A stretch of DNA of 64,000 bases from Lama glama. Taxonomy: Eukaryota. The stretch spans positions 28,646,001-28,710,000 of the forward strand of contig CM052816.1 in the NCBI GenBank assembly GCA_028534125.1. Reading direction: 5' to 3'. The position numbers and the translations under genes are program-made. The notes below the pieces were generated by a model, which saw nothing but the letters and a program-made list of their open reading frames with translations, was not told the DNA's origin and did no database searches. Of this stretch, positions 24,400-37,110 are shown piece after piece (the stretch's first letter is position 1; each line of letters begins with the position of its first letter).

Positions 24400-25060
24400 A
24401 TGTCCTATATGTCCAATGTCCTTCACCTCCAGGCAACTTCCTAAATGACCTGGAACTCCTCCATCTCTAAATCTTAAAAATCACTGTCTCATTCTCAGAC
24501 CACATATCTCTATCTTCTAGCATCCACTTTCTTATTTTCATCTTACCTGTTATTTGACCTCATTAACATCAGAGTACAACAGTGGACCTATCATCAAGTA
24601 ATAGTTCTATACCAACATAAAAAGACTCTTCTGGCCTGGACCCTTGGATATTATCATTTGAGTGAAAGCTCTGGCACGTACCTAGACTGGTACCAATGAA
24701 TAGCATCATTCAAGCCAGGGTCGTCCTTTAGTGCCTATATTTTGTTCCTTTCTGCCTATGTCCTGTCTAAGTTTCTCTCTACTTTTACCCTGCCCTTTTG
24801 AAGCTGAACATACATCATGAGTTTTGAAACACTATCCTGGGAATTACTGAAGCCTGTTGATCCTCTGCCTCTCCACCTTCTTGAAATTCTCTCATTTGTC
24901 TTCCTACCAGTGGCCAACACCAGAATCCAGGAAGTTGTCCTTAATTCCTTCCATTCTTCCATTGCCTACATCCAATTTGTCATTAAGTTCTGCCCATTCT
25001 GGTTTCTAAATGTCTTTTTTTATCAGTTCTTTCCTTTCCAAACCTCCCCAACTAAATCTT
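24400..25060 (+). mobile_element. L2 fragments
   Basis: 'cctacatccaatttgtcattaagttctgcccattctggtttctaaatgtc' is a typical L2 motif; pyrimidine-rich plus strand. Confidence 0.55.
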
Positions 25061-26149
25061 CTGGTGGCACTGGGAAAGGTGATTAGTTGGTTAGAATTGG
25101 AAGTTGCCCATGGGAGAAGTGAGACTCCAAAAGGCTACTTGGGGGTTTTAATGTATTAAAGGAGACTTGTACAAAAGGGAGACAGAATTAATTCAGGTGT
25201 CATGATCAGCAATTTATGAGGCAACAGAATCAATAACTTCTCAAGAATGAGAGGCAAATTTGGAACCCATAACCCAGAGCTTCTTGAAACTGCACCAAGA
25301 GAAGAAATAAGCTATTTTAGGCAGTAAACAGAGCATTTTTCAGCGGGCTGCTGCAATGAAAGGTCAACACATGATGGTAGCCAGCTGTGAATGATGGTAA
25401 TGGCTTTGTGGAACACAGCAGCTGCCTCAGCAGGGGAGCAGCAGCCTTGCAATGAAACCCGCCAGTTCCTGCCTATAACACAAAATTTTGCCAACTTTCT
25501 CTGCACAAGTTCCCAGCACACAGTTCCTGCTTAAGGCAAAGGAAGACTGTGAATGGAGCAGCAACCCCTCCTATTGCCCAAGCCCACTTATAACAGAGGA
25601 CTCAGTGGTTGAAACAGCAGACTGTGGAGTTTTCCAAAAGAAGCTGTTTCCGTGAAAGGTACTGGGGAATCAAGAGTACAATAAGGCTGTAGGAGACCTC
25701 GAAGAAATCATCCTGGCCCCTTAAATTCTCCAACATCCTTGCTGAGACAGAAGGAAGAAGGTGAGCAGTTCAGGCATTAGAACTGCTATAGGGCTAACTT
25801 CATCTTAACACTATGCCTGTGCTGGTGGCCTGCGGATACGACCTTTACAAAGTAGTTCTGTTCTTCCTTCTGCTATAGTACCAAGACTATAATATAAACA
25901 CCCTTGAAGATAGGGTGTATTTCTTAATAACTGCATACCCTCTGACAACATTGGGTTCTTAATAGAATCTAAATGTTTGTGATTTAGAGTGAATAGTCAA
26001 GGGGATATTCTGAGAGAATACTAATGCTTAAAAACCAATTTAATAATTAGTTCTCTTAAGTAATTTATAGTACATTTTCTATTTCCCTCTCTTTCTTTTT
26101 TAAAGTTACTATCAAGGTAATAAATTCTGACATCTACAATATTTTTAAT

Positions 26150-26420
26150 TCCCGTAGTGTTTTGTAGGAGAGCATATAAACACCAATGACTGATTGGAAG
26201 GGAATTTCAAAGCAGTGGAGAAGTGGGGTGTTGCAATAGGAAGTCTCAGATTAAGAGAGAGGGCTGCCTGGAGTTCCAGAGAGCATGGCTGACTGGAATA
26301 TGAGAGAAGAGAAAAAGAGGATGCTAAAAATAAAATGTCTGCTTTGCTATTCTGTCTTGGTGTGGTCCAAATGCTGGGTATCAATTCTTGGGTTAAGCTG
26401 AATCCTTGTCAGCTCAAGGA
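26150..26420 (-). mobile_element. L2 internal fragment
   Basis: 'gagagagggctgcctggagttccagagagcatggctg' resembles reverse-complement L2. Confidence 0.45.
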
Positions 26421-28349
26421 GAAGAGATTTAGGTTAATGCAGGTAATCTTTCCCCATTGCTTACAACTGCTCAAAACAGAAGGAGACCCCTTCAGTCTCA
26501 CCATGTGTTCTAAACCAGTCATTGGTCCTTGCATATTCTAAGGAGGTGGCTGAGTCCTTCTTTAACCAGAGAACCCTGAGGCAGCAACATCAGACCCACA
26601 GTCATCCCAAGAGAACTGACAGTGCCAGAAGGTTCAAAGAAGGAAAAGAATCCTTAGATGAGCAGAATGACAAATACAGCAAACAGGATTTAGGACAGCA
26701 ATCCCATGTGTTCAATGCAAAATTACCCCAGTACATGCTCCTTGCAAAAAAGAGTTCTGGATCGATTCCATTAAAGCACTGAAAAAATCAAGTTTACACC
26801 CACCATACATACCAAAATAAGGACATTAGGTTATGGCATAAATGTAACAAGTCCAACAAAATTCTGATTTTTTCCCTAGTGTTAACTTCTTTGATGCTCT
26901 AAACAAATATTGAATGTCAATCTAATTTTTTTCTTCCCAGCTTTGCTGGTATCTCAAACATGTATTTTATCTGCCTAATGGTTAATGGTTATTCTGGCAC
27001 AGTTTCTACAGTTAAATAATTTGGGGAAGTGATGTACTTTATCTAAAAGATCCATAATGCATGTGAGTATATTAAAGAGTCTGACAGCTCACTGGAGAGG
27101 AAAATGGGCGACTAGAACATAATCTTCCCAAATCGTATTTGACCATAGAATTCATGTTTGACAGCAAACATATTAGTATTCTGTTGAACTAATGGGCTGT
27201 AGAAGATATTTGGAGACCACAGCTTAGAGGACTAAAGTTGGATAAGGCAGGCATCCAGCCCACACAAGCTCCACCGCGTCCAACATTCTACACAAACAGA
27301 CATGATGGCACCAAAGATTAATCTTTTAAGGCATCTGTTCTCTTAATATGGAACACAAATCCTAACCATCTAAATATACTTCTTGCTTTTTTCAGAGAAA
27401 ATATTTTCTGTACCTAACTCTAGTGTAACATTATTGGTGCTATTTTAATTGCCACTTGATATCATCTCAGAAGCAGCTGGCTATGTTTTGACTGTGACAG
27501 AATTGACAGAAGTTGTGTATGTGTATGTGTAATGTAATTTGTAATTCTCTGAAGTTTTGACTTGTGCTTTTAAAAAAGTGCCATGTGCTTCAAAAAATGA
27601 TAAATCACTCATGAGATCTGAGATGCTAACAGTCTAGTACTGATTGGATGAAGAGAGTAAATTTGAATTATGTATAAATTGAAATGTAAACAAAGAAATC
27701 AGAAATTTTCCTTTCTTTAGTAATATTATATGCAGGACTACAAGATCTTCAAAACTATAATTTTAGATTATACCCACTATACCCCAATGTACCTACTGAA
27801 CATACAGAAATATGTTCTCTGATAAACACAACAAATATAATGACCTACTAAGACGATGCCATCTTGGAGGATGCAATCAGCTGTATTATGTAGTAAACAG
27901 TGGATCTGAAGGTGACAGCACTGAATGACTCTGCTGGAAATACATCTGGAGATATTTTTCTAGTATAATTTATGGATTTGTGTTGACTCATTATTCTCAT
28001 TCCATTCTTTCCTGTTACCAATGGTACGAATTAAAAGAAGATGACTGAGATTCAGGGTACAATCTAGGACCTTGGAAAAAACATAGCCAACTTGTCCAAG
28101 TGAGAATTATAATATTATTCCTTAACATAAAGCTTTGTCCAAATGAGTTAATGACCTACAATATAGGGTTTACCGTGTACACGGTACAGAATTTTTTAGT
28201 ATTTCTTACTCTGTCTTGAACATCAGAGCTAAATGGACATGAGGAAATCTAAAATCACAAGGTATCTCAAAAATAGTGTTTAAATGGATAATAGCTTACT
28301 GTTATTAAGTGCTTATTATGTATAATAACCTGAGGTAAACTCATTAAAA

Positions 28350-29540
28350 ATGACTAGACTTTATTTTTATAGTTGTTATTGGATCACAGCAAAATTGAGT
28401 AAAAGGTATATAAATTCCCCATACCTTCTGTCCCCACACATGTACAGCCTCCTCCATAATGAACATCCACCATCAGAGTGGTACATTTAGTACAATGATG
28501 AACCTACACTGACACATTATAATCACTCAAGTCCATCATTTACATTATATAATATACACTCCTGATGCTGTACATTCTATGGTACTGGACAAATGTATAA
28601 TGGCATGTATCTACTAGCACAGTACGATACAGAATACTTTCACTGCTGTACTCCAGCTATTCATCCCTCCTTTACCCACAACTCCTGGCAAACATTGATC
28701 TTTTTACTATTTCCATAGTTTTTTTGCCAGAATGTCACATAGTTGGAACCAAACAGTATAAAGTGTTTTCAGACTGGTTTCTTTCACTTAGTCATATGCA
28801 TTTAAGTTTCCTCCATGTTTTTTTATGGCTTGATAGCTCCTTACTTTTTACTGCTAAAAAACATACTATTGTCTGGATGTACCACAGTTTATCTACTTAC
28901 CTACTGAAGGACATCTTGGTTGCTTTCAAATTTTGGCAAATTTAAATAAAACTGCTATAAATATTTGTGTATAGGTTTCTGTGTGTGCATAACTTTTCAA
29001 CTCCTTTGAGCAAAACCAAAGAACACTATTACTGGATCATATGATAAGAGTATGTTTAGTTTTGTAAAAAAAATGCCTAGCTATCTTCCAAAATGGCTAC
29101 AGCATTTTGCATTTCTTCCAGTAATGAAGGAGAATTCCTATTGTTTTACATTCTTCCTAGTATTTGGTGCTGTTTCTATTAAAAAAATTTTTATTTTAGT
29201 TTTTTTTTGGGGGGGAGGGTAATTAGATAGATAGATAAATTAATTAATTAATTAATTAATTTATAGAGGGAGTACTGGGGATTGAACCCAGGACCTCATG
29301 TATGCTAAGCATGTGCTCTACCACTTGAGCTATACCTTCCCTCCCCTCCCCCTGCTATTTCTATTTTGAATTTTGGCCTCTCTAACAGTTTTGTAGTGAT
29401 ATTTTATTGTTATTTTAATTTGTATTACCTTGATGATATGTGGTGTGGAGCATCTTGTCATATGCTTATTTGTCACCTGTGTATTTTCTTTGGTGAGGTT
29501 TTTATTTAAGGTCTTTGGTCCATTTTTTAATCAAGTTGTA
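28350..29540 (-). mobile_element. L1MC-type 3' end, interrupted by a SINE
   Basis: 'cacagcaaaattgagt...catcagagtggtacattt...gatgaacctacactgacacattataatcac' is an L1MC1-like 3' UTR, continuing into ORF2 3' sequence. Confidence 0.8.
29181..29352 (-). mobile_element. tRNA-derived SINE (camelid Vic-1-like), second copy
   Basis: Same head as 14931-15082 (GGTATAGCTCAAGTGGTAGAGCACATGCTTAGCATACATGAGGTCCTGGGTTCAATCCCCAGTAC). TSD TGCTRTTTCTATT at 29168-29180 and 29353-29365. Confidence 0.88.
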
Positions 29541-30753
29541 GGTAAGCTCTTTGTATGCTCAGAGTATTTAGGAATAAAAACTATTCAAATAATGTCATTG
29601 CTGTATGATTCATCTTGCGTTTTATGAAGTAGAATAAACTATCCATTATTTTTTCTTAATTTTGCAAAAGAAGAAAAAAAAAACCCAAAACCTACATATC
29701 TTAAAACGTCTAGAAAATTTCTTCCTTATCAGCCCACACCCCTGAGCGCTCAAGCCCTCAGAGGTTTCTAGGACTAAGACATTTCATTGGAATGGTCTAA
29801 AAATGGGAAAGTATTCTGTTTCAATGAACATTTCTTTTATTAATCTCTAGCATAAATAAAAAGAATCCCCTATTGGGATAGGTAGAAAGTAAATGTGAAT
29901 TTTTCTATAAATAGTATATAAAAAGTATGAAACATTCCATTAAACCTATCAAGTATTAATTAAACCTGTAACAGACATTTTTACAATAGAAATCATAAAG
30001 TTTCATCCCTTAACTGTAGAGAAACACATTGACTGAGGAACAGAGGAAAAAGTTGAGTTTTCTACTATGCAATCGATTCCACCAAAAAAACCTGTATTTC
30101 TGGAAAAAAAAACATTTTACATGTTTAGGTAGTATTCGTGTTCTTGAAAATATCAATCCTTATACACATTAGAACATCTGACACAATATATGATACAAGG
30201 TATACACTATAAATATTAGTGGATAATGTTATTTTTCAGAAAAGCATAATTTTTTCTTTAAATGATTTTAAATATACTGTCTACTAAAGGTGATTGTTTT
30301 TATGTTCTCTATCCAAACATCCACTGGAATGTTAAACCCAGTAAACTAGTAGAGAAAATAAATGTCATGTTTCTACCTTTGTCAGACATTTCTCAGAGTG
30401 AGAAAAGGAAATTTTCACGTGCCATCTTCAATCCTCCTGTTCCTAATTCTAAGTATCATTAATTAAGTGGATCTTCTCTAAACCACCCTCAAATTCTCTC
30501 CTCCACAGTTACTTCTTAATTTAGCACAACCCAGCTCCTAGTCACTCCCAGGGCCACCACAAATGTCTCCGTTGACATTGCTCAGTCCCTGCCCAAGTTC
30601 ATAGCCTTGTAGAGAATTTTCTCTCACCTGACAGACTTGTACAAGTGTCTCACTCTCTAATTCAAAGCCCCGTTTTACTTACTCCCTCTCTTTCATCTCT
30701 CTCTCACTTGACTACAACTTCTAAAATACTGCATGATTTCTTCTACATTTATT

Positions 30754-31125
30754 TGTAAAATAACGAATTGGACTCCATTGTTTATGTTTAACCAGACAGC
30801 CTTTTAGTTTCCCACCTCTTCTGCTGCCCTACATAGAGCAGCCAAGAGAAGAAAGTCCCTGTGCGAGACTCAAGCCGTGAAGTCAGTGGCAAAGCCGGAG
30901 GCAGCATGTGGCCTCTTCCCTAGCCCCACACCCAAGTCACCACTAGGAGCGCATGCACTGTCTCTGCTTTGCTTTTGCTTCACTCCTTAAGGAATCTGAA
31001 CCCTTTACATTGGGAAATCCTTTCGTGATTTACTGTGTGAGTAATTCTGTTTTCCATCTATTGATACCTGTACATCATTTGTCCTGGCAGCCATTATAAA
31101 TTCCCGAGGGGGGGATTTATAGCAG
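30754..31125 (+). mobile_element. Probable ERV1-type solo LTR (MER90/MER110-like)
   Basis: Starts TGTAAAATAACGAATTGGACTCCATT, is a GC-richer block in AT-rich flanks and ends ...GCA. Family call is tentative. Confidence 0.45.
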
Positions 31126-33139
31126 AAAATGCTACTCACCCATATAAAACACTTTTCATATATTTATTTACACCAATGAATCTCATCTTTGTCATCTATG
31201 AGTTTAATTGAAAATGTTTAAAGCATGCTTTATTTTCTTTGTGCCCAATGCAGATACTTACATATTCATATATGCATGATATATAACTATATATAGTATA
31301 TAATTTCTTATTTGTGTACAATATATAATATATAATATGTGATTCTATATGTAAATATATAATTAGTGTCTCTATCTACACAAACATTTTCTGTCCTGCT
31401 ATGAAAACTATTACTAGAAAAGACTGTCTTCCTTGTTTTTCTGAGATTAGCACATTAAAATAGATGTTTAACAAATGATTTTTTAATTTGGTGGTAAATT
31501 TGATTAAAATTAAAATAGTGTAGAAACAATATATTTCCTTATAGTCTAAAGAACAATATTGTGTCTTTATATTTGATTGTCCAATACCATATCTGGGTAA
31601 TGTGTTTGTTTATATAATAACATATGATATTTATTTTATTTTGCAACATGTCTTAGTATATATACATATGCTTCAAGGTCTCATGCCTCATATAGATTCC
31701 TCTTTTTTCACGCTTCCTTTTCTAATTTTGTTCTCCTGATGAGCTCATCATTTTGATGGGCAGAGCTCTGTGTGAATTAGCAGCCAATTCTTTACCTGTA
31801 TAACAAAGTTTTTTAACCTCATCTTTTTGTACTATGAGTTTTTGTGCAGAATGTATTTGTTAGAATGTATTTCAATCACACATTATTGCAAACATGTGGA
31901 ACAGAGGAGAAAACACTTGGATTATACCCCAAAAATGTCTCAAAGACCAAGCAACAGGATTACATTGTCAAATGAACAGCATAAAAGGGCAATGGAGAAA
32001 GGCATAAAAACACTAAGATTACTTAAGAAGGTCAGAGTATAATCAAATATTTCATTTCATGTAGTGAATGTATCAGTTATCCAGTCTATCTTCAGTTAGG
32101 GAATCATAGATTAATTTTTCTTTTAACAATCATTCTTTTGGTGTTGTTCACATTTACACGATACTAACAAGAGTTTTGCACAAATGCAACATCCAACTCA
32201 AATGATGATAAAGGGATCATGGCACAAATGGAAGTGCTCCAAGGCGAGAGAAGTTAAGTGTTGTTGGTGCCATAGCCTTGCAATTCTTGTTTTTTTTTGA
32301 ACCTTGTTTAATGCCATTAACATTTTTGTCAGGCAATTTCCCTTTTGTTTGACTTTCGTGGAACTCTTTCCAAAATAAATCCAATAACCATATGACAAAA
32401 TAGTTATCTTAGAAACTTGAATGTTATTTTCTATTCTCAGCATATTTACTATCAGTTTAAAAAATGCAAATAAAAGTTAGCAGCAGGCCAGTGAAACTGA
32501 ATTAAATTTATGAAAATAAACACCTCAAGGATTTTACTTGTGCTGAAATATTTCAGTTTCTAAATTAAATGAAACAGGTAGTCTAAACTTGAAAGGGGAA
32601 AAGCTTGATAGTGACTTAGTGAATCATGATTTTAGCAAATATTCTAATAAAGAATACAATTGCTAAGTTCTTTAGGAGAGACTAGTGTGCCAATAAATTT
32701 ATTAGACAAAAATGACAATTTTATATAGCCAAGAACTTTGCGGGAGAAATAGAGAGGAAATGTATTCTGGTTAAAGAAGACTGGATCTTAGAAATGTTGA
32801 GGACGACTTGTGCTCTTTAGTGACTTTCTATTCTGCCGTTATGGCCTAAGAAAAGAGTGAAGTGATAGATTCCTTACTTCAAGATTCTCTTTTCTCTGTA
32901 AAGGATTCCATACACAGGAAACCCACTGACTCTCAACTACCATGCAAAGTAGTTTCCACCCTCTCAAGCTCACTCGCTTAAAAACTGTTCCATACTGAGT
33001 CAATTAGAGATATTATCAAAGGAATTTGAAAACTGTCATGTAACATAGACATTTGTTGGAGTAGAATTACTTTGATAGACACTTTCTAAAGAGAAGGTCC
33101 ATGTATTTCTCTTGTTGAAGTCCCCCAAATTTCCTCAAT

Positions 33140-34600
33140 CTTTCTCTTGACCTCTGTTTTCCTGCTCCTTCTTTGATTCCTAGTCTCTACCCCAGCTATT
33201 TTTCAAATAAACAATGTTGTTATTATTGCTGTTAATTTGTCCAGAGTTGGTTCCTATTGCCTGTCAATAAGATGGAACCTTTAGTTATACAGATACTGTT
33301 ACAGAGAGTGAATTGCAGGCAACAGATCTTCAGGGACATGTGAAATACTTAGAACAGAACATCAGGCCAAGGACGATTGAGATATATTGAGTCCCTTCCT
33401 TATTTTAAGATGGCAAGCAGCCTGTGGTGCCTAGAGTCAAAACAAGTTAATCAGGTTATGTTCTGTGATCCACTGGCCATGACTTCACTGAGGATGAAAA
33501 ATCTGAAGATTTGAATAAATGACAATGTAGAAAACTTAAAGTAAATACAATAGGCCCAGAGAAACAGAGATATACACTTTTTCTGATAGCATTAAATAAT
33601 ATAAAAGATTCAAAATCAGATTTAAAATTCTGGACAGATGTCACAGAATAAATTCAGAATTCTAAGGGTTGTTAAAAATAGGTCTACTCCATCTATAAAT
33701 AGAACCTTGTGATTGTTGACTTTCATCACTGTGTCCTGGAAAGGCAATGGCAGAACTCTGAGTAGCTAATTTTCATTATTTACTTTAACTTGAAGAAGAG
33801 ATGAACCCACCAGTGGTTAACAGTGTAAGTCAAGTGGTCAGGGCTTCATATGAAAGATGGAGGGTTAATGGCAATGTGATTGGAGAGAAAAGTTATAAAT
33901 GAACCTTTGGGATGGTCTCTAACTTAAATATATCTTTGTGAATGCTTACCAAAAGAATCTCTCAAGAAGAAAGTCTTAACAACTAAAAGGAATTAGATGA
34001 CCCATTTTGTGAATATCATTTATCCTTCTTTGCTATCCAGGTCACAACTTGTTCAATGATCCTAAAAAAGCTGCAATGGGACAGGGAAGTAGACTACACA
34101 TGGGCATGATGACAATCGTCTTCCTTCAGCAAGGTCAACCCTACCATCACTACTGATTCCACTATTACTGCTGAAACCCTGTTTGGCAGCTGAGTACACA
34201 TGTTTTTTAGCAATTCAACAGCCTTGATACTCCTTTATACTAACATGCATCAAGGTAAGCCGCAAGCTCCCTGGTGGCAGACAGATTCTATTAGATTCTT
34301 TCCACTATAAAGTGAGCAGTATGTTTTTTTCTTGCCTATTTATGTATTTACTCTGAATTTACCTCTGACAGCATTATCTTTCGTGGACTTACCAAATTCC
34401 CTATATATGATGATGATATCCCTCATAGAAGTACATGAGCACAACAAACACTCAATGAGGAAATAAATTAATTAATGAGTGCACATGTTTGAGATTCATG
34501 TATTACTTTCATGTATTCCAATATCTGTTATTTTCATGTATTTCGAGATCTGGGAGCATTGAAGAGTAAGAATGCCTTATTGAAATCTCAGCAGTGGTGA
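33140..34600 (+). mobile_element. Decayed ERVL-class element: LTR 3' end plus internal remnants (RNase H end / integrase start)
   Basis: LTR-like end 'aataaac...gagttggttcctattgcctg...gataca' at ~33210-33295. 'gtgaatgcttaccaaaag' resembles ERVL VNAHQR, and 34272 reads WWQTDSIRFFP, resembling the integrase WWQVDYIGPLP motif. Confidence 0.6.
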
Positions 34601-34609
34601 TAATCAGCT

Positions 34610-35000
34610 TTTCAAGGAAGTCAGAAAGTAGTGTTTTGGCTGAGACTTGAAGGTTAGTAGGTACTAGTCAAGCACTGAGTAGAAAAGAGTTTCAGGTTTT
34701 AGGAACAAGTGGAAATATCTCAAAGTAGGCAAGAGCTTTGTGTGTTTCAGGAACTATCTAACTGTTTTGTATATGTGCGTGTTTGAGGAACTAACAAGTT
34801 GGTCTGATGAGAATGTTAAGTGAGAGAAGGCACTGGCCAGATCATGCAGAGCCCTGGGGCCATGTTACAGACTTTGGACTTTATCCCAAGTGCAACAGTA
34901 GGTTTTTAAAGGGTTTTAAAGGAGGGTGGTGCTACTTGATTTACTTTACATTTTTAAAAGACCACTTTGTTCCCTGGGAGTAGAAGACTGAACAAAAGAG
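34610..35000 (-). mobile_element. L2 fragment
   Basis: 'ggccagatcatgcagagccctggggccatgttacagactttggactttatccc'. Confidence 0.7.
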
Positions 35001-36145
35001 TAATTCACAGATTTTAGGTACCAGATACTCAGGAAACACAGCTGTCATCTGCAGATAAGTGCTGTGGGCAGATGGACATCCTGGCCCCTGAGAAGACCAT
35101 CCTCCTTATCAGAGTGCACACAGGGCATGGAATATCTGCACACTGCTCCAGTTGTTGATTTTCAAAGTGCCTTTGAAGCTTACTTAAACATTCAGATAAT
35201 TGATTCATGATGGCTCTTGGCTCTATAGCTTACAATAGGGTAAAACTTATTTTGACTTGAAATGTTTGAACTCAGATGCAAATCACCCCAACCACGGAAT
35301 AACTTCAGCATAACTCCTTGTGAGCTTTTGACTTAGAGTCATATAGCACCCTCAGGGGCCTGTCAAGGGCTGGTTGGCTGCAAACACACAAGTTTAAGTA
35401 GCTGAAATGAAGTACGGGAGAGTGTTACATAAAACTGTCTATTTCTGTCTGGAAGCTTGTCTCCTAAGACAACAGTCTCAGTATTTATAGAGTTGATGCC
35501 TAGTTACTATTTCTGAGAGTAATTAGAAGGTGGGCTGCAAAGAAGCCTATTTAACAACTTTTTAAGGCTGGAATTTAATTGACCCTATTACCATTCTTAA
35601 TCATTTGAGTTACAAGTATTTCATGATATAGACTTTGAAGAAGTGTTAACTGCCTGCTATGTATTGCAACCTAATGCAGGTTAATTGTTATTTCTACTTG
35701 ATTCAGTCTTGGCAAGTTGTACGTTTCTAGAAATTTGTCTATTTCTTCTGGGTTGTCCAATTTGTTGGCACATAACTGTTCCTAGTGTTCTCATGATTTT
35801 TTGTACCTCTGTGATATTGGTTATTTTTTCTCTTCTTTCATTTCTTATTTTCTTTATTTGAGTCCTCTCTCTTTTCCTCTTGGTGAGCCTGGTGAAAGAT
35901 TTATCAATTTTGTTTATCTTTTCAAAAAACAAGCTCTTTGTTTTATTGATCTTTTCTATTTTTTGTATGTTTGTGTCTATTTATTTCCTCTCTGACCTTT
36001 ATTGTTTCTATACATCTGCTGTCTATCGGTTTTATTCTTTTTCTAATTCCTTTATAGTAGGTTGAGTTGTTTACTTCAGAATTTTCTAGTATCTTGTGGT
36101 AAGCCTGTATCACTATAAATGTCCCTCTTAGAACTGCTTTTGCTG

Positions 36146-37110
36146 CTCATACGACTTAATAAGAAAAAAACAAACAACCCAATCCAAAAATGGACCAAAG
36201 ACCTAAACTAGCAATTCTCCAAGGAAGAAACACAAATGATCAATAGGCACATGAAAAAATGCTCAATATCACTACTTATCAGAGAAATGCAAATCAAAAC
36301 TACAATGAGGTATCACCTCACACCAGTCAGAATGGCCATCATTCAAAAATCCACAAATGACAAATGCTGGAGAGGCTGTGGAGAAAAGGGAACCCTCCTA
36401 CACTGCTGGTGGGAATGCAGTTTCTTGCAGCCACTGTGGAAAACAGTATGGAGATTCCTCAAAAGACTAGGAATAGACTTACTATATGACCGAGGAATCC
36501 CGCTCCTGGGCATATATCAAGAAGGAACCCTACTTCAAAAAGACACCTGCACCCCAATGTTCACAGCAGCACTATTTACAATAGCCAAGCCATGGAAACA
36601 GCATAAATGTCCCTCAACAGATGCCTGGATAAAGATGTGGTGTATTTATACAGTGGAATACTACTCAGTCGTAAAAACTGACAACATAATGCCATTTGCA
36701 GCAACATGGATGTTCCTGGAGAATGTCATTCTAAGTGAAGTAAGCCAAAAAGAGAAAGAAAAATACCATATGAGATTGCTCATATGTGGAATCTAAAAAA
36801 ACATGCACACACACACAAAACCCACATAAATACAAAACAGAAACAGACTCATAGACATAGAATACAAACTTGTGGTTGCCAAAGTGGCAGGGGGTGGGAA
36901 GAGACAGACTGGGATTTCAAAATGTAGAATAGACAAACAAGATTATACTGTATAGCACAGGGAAATATATACAAGATCTTGTGGTAGCTCACAGTGAAAA
37001 AAAAATATGACAATGAATATATGTATGTTCATGTATAACTGAAAAATTGTGCTCTACACTGGAATTTGACACAACATTGTAAAGTGACTATAACTCAGTA
37101 AAAAAATGTT
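36146..37110 (+). mobile_element. Younger 5'-truncated L1 (ORF2 C-terminal ~216 codons plus 3' UTR)
   Basis: The 186-aa ORF at 36236-36796 contains [13 protein letters not shown] and the CCHC motif [18 protein letters not shown]. Perfect 14-bp TSD AACTGCTTTTGCTG at 36132-36145 and 37111-37124. Confidence 0.95.

Noticed and set aside
31255..31370. AT-rich (TA)-like tract, and similar purine- or pyrimidine-skewed tracts at ~3830-4045 and ~14750-14850
   Set aside because: Ordinary low-complexity sequence with no further structure.
36236..36796. 186-aa ORF as a host or domesticated gene
   Set aside because: It is the C-terminus of L1 ORF2 in a 5'-truncated copy with TSDs, an upstream in-frame stop and no promoter.
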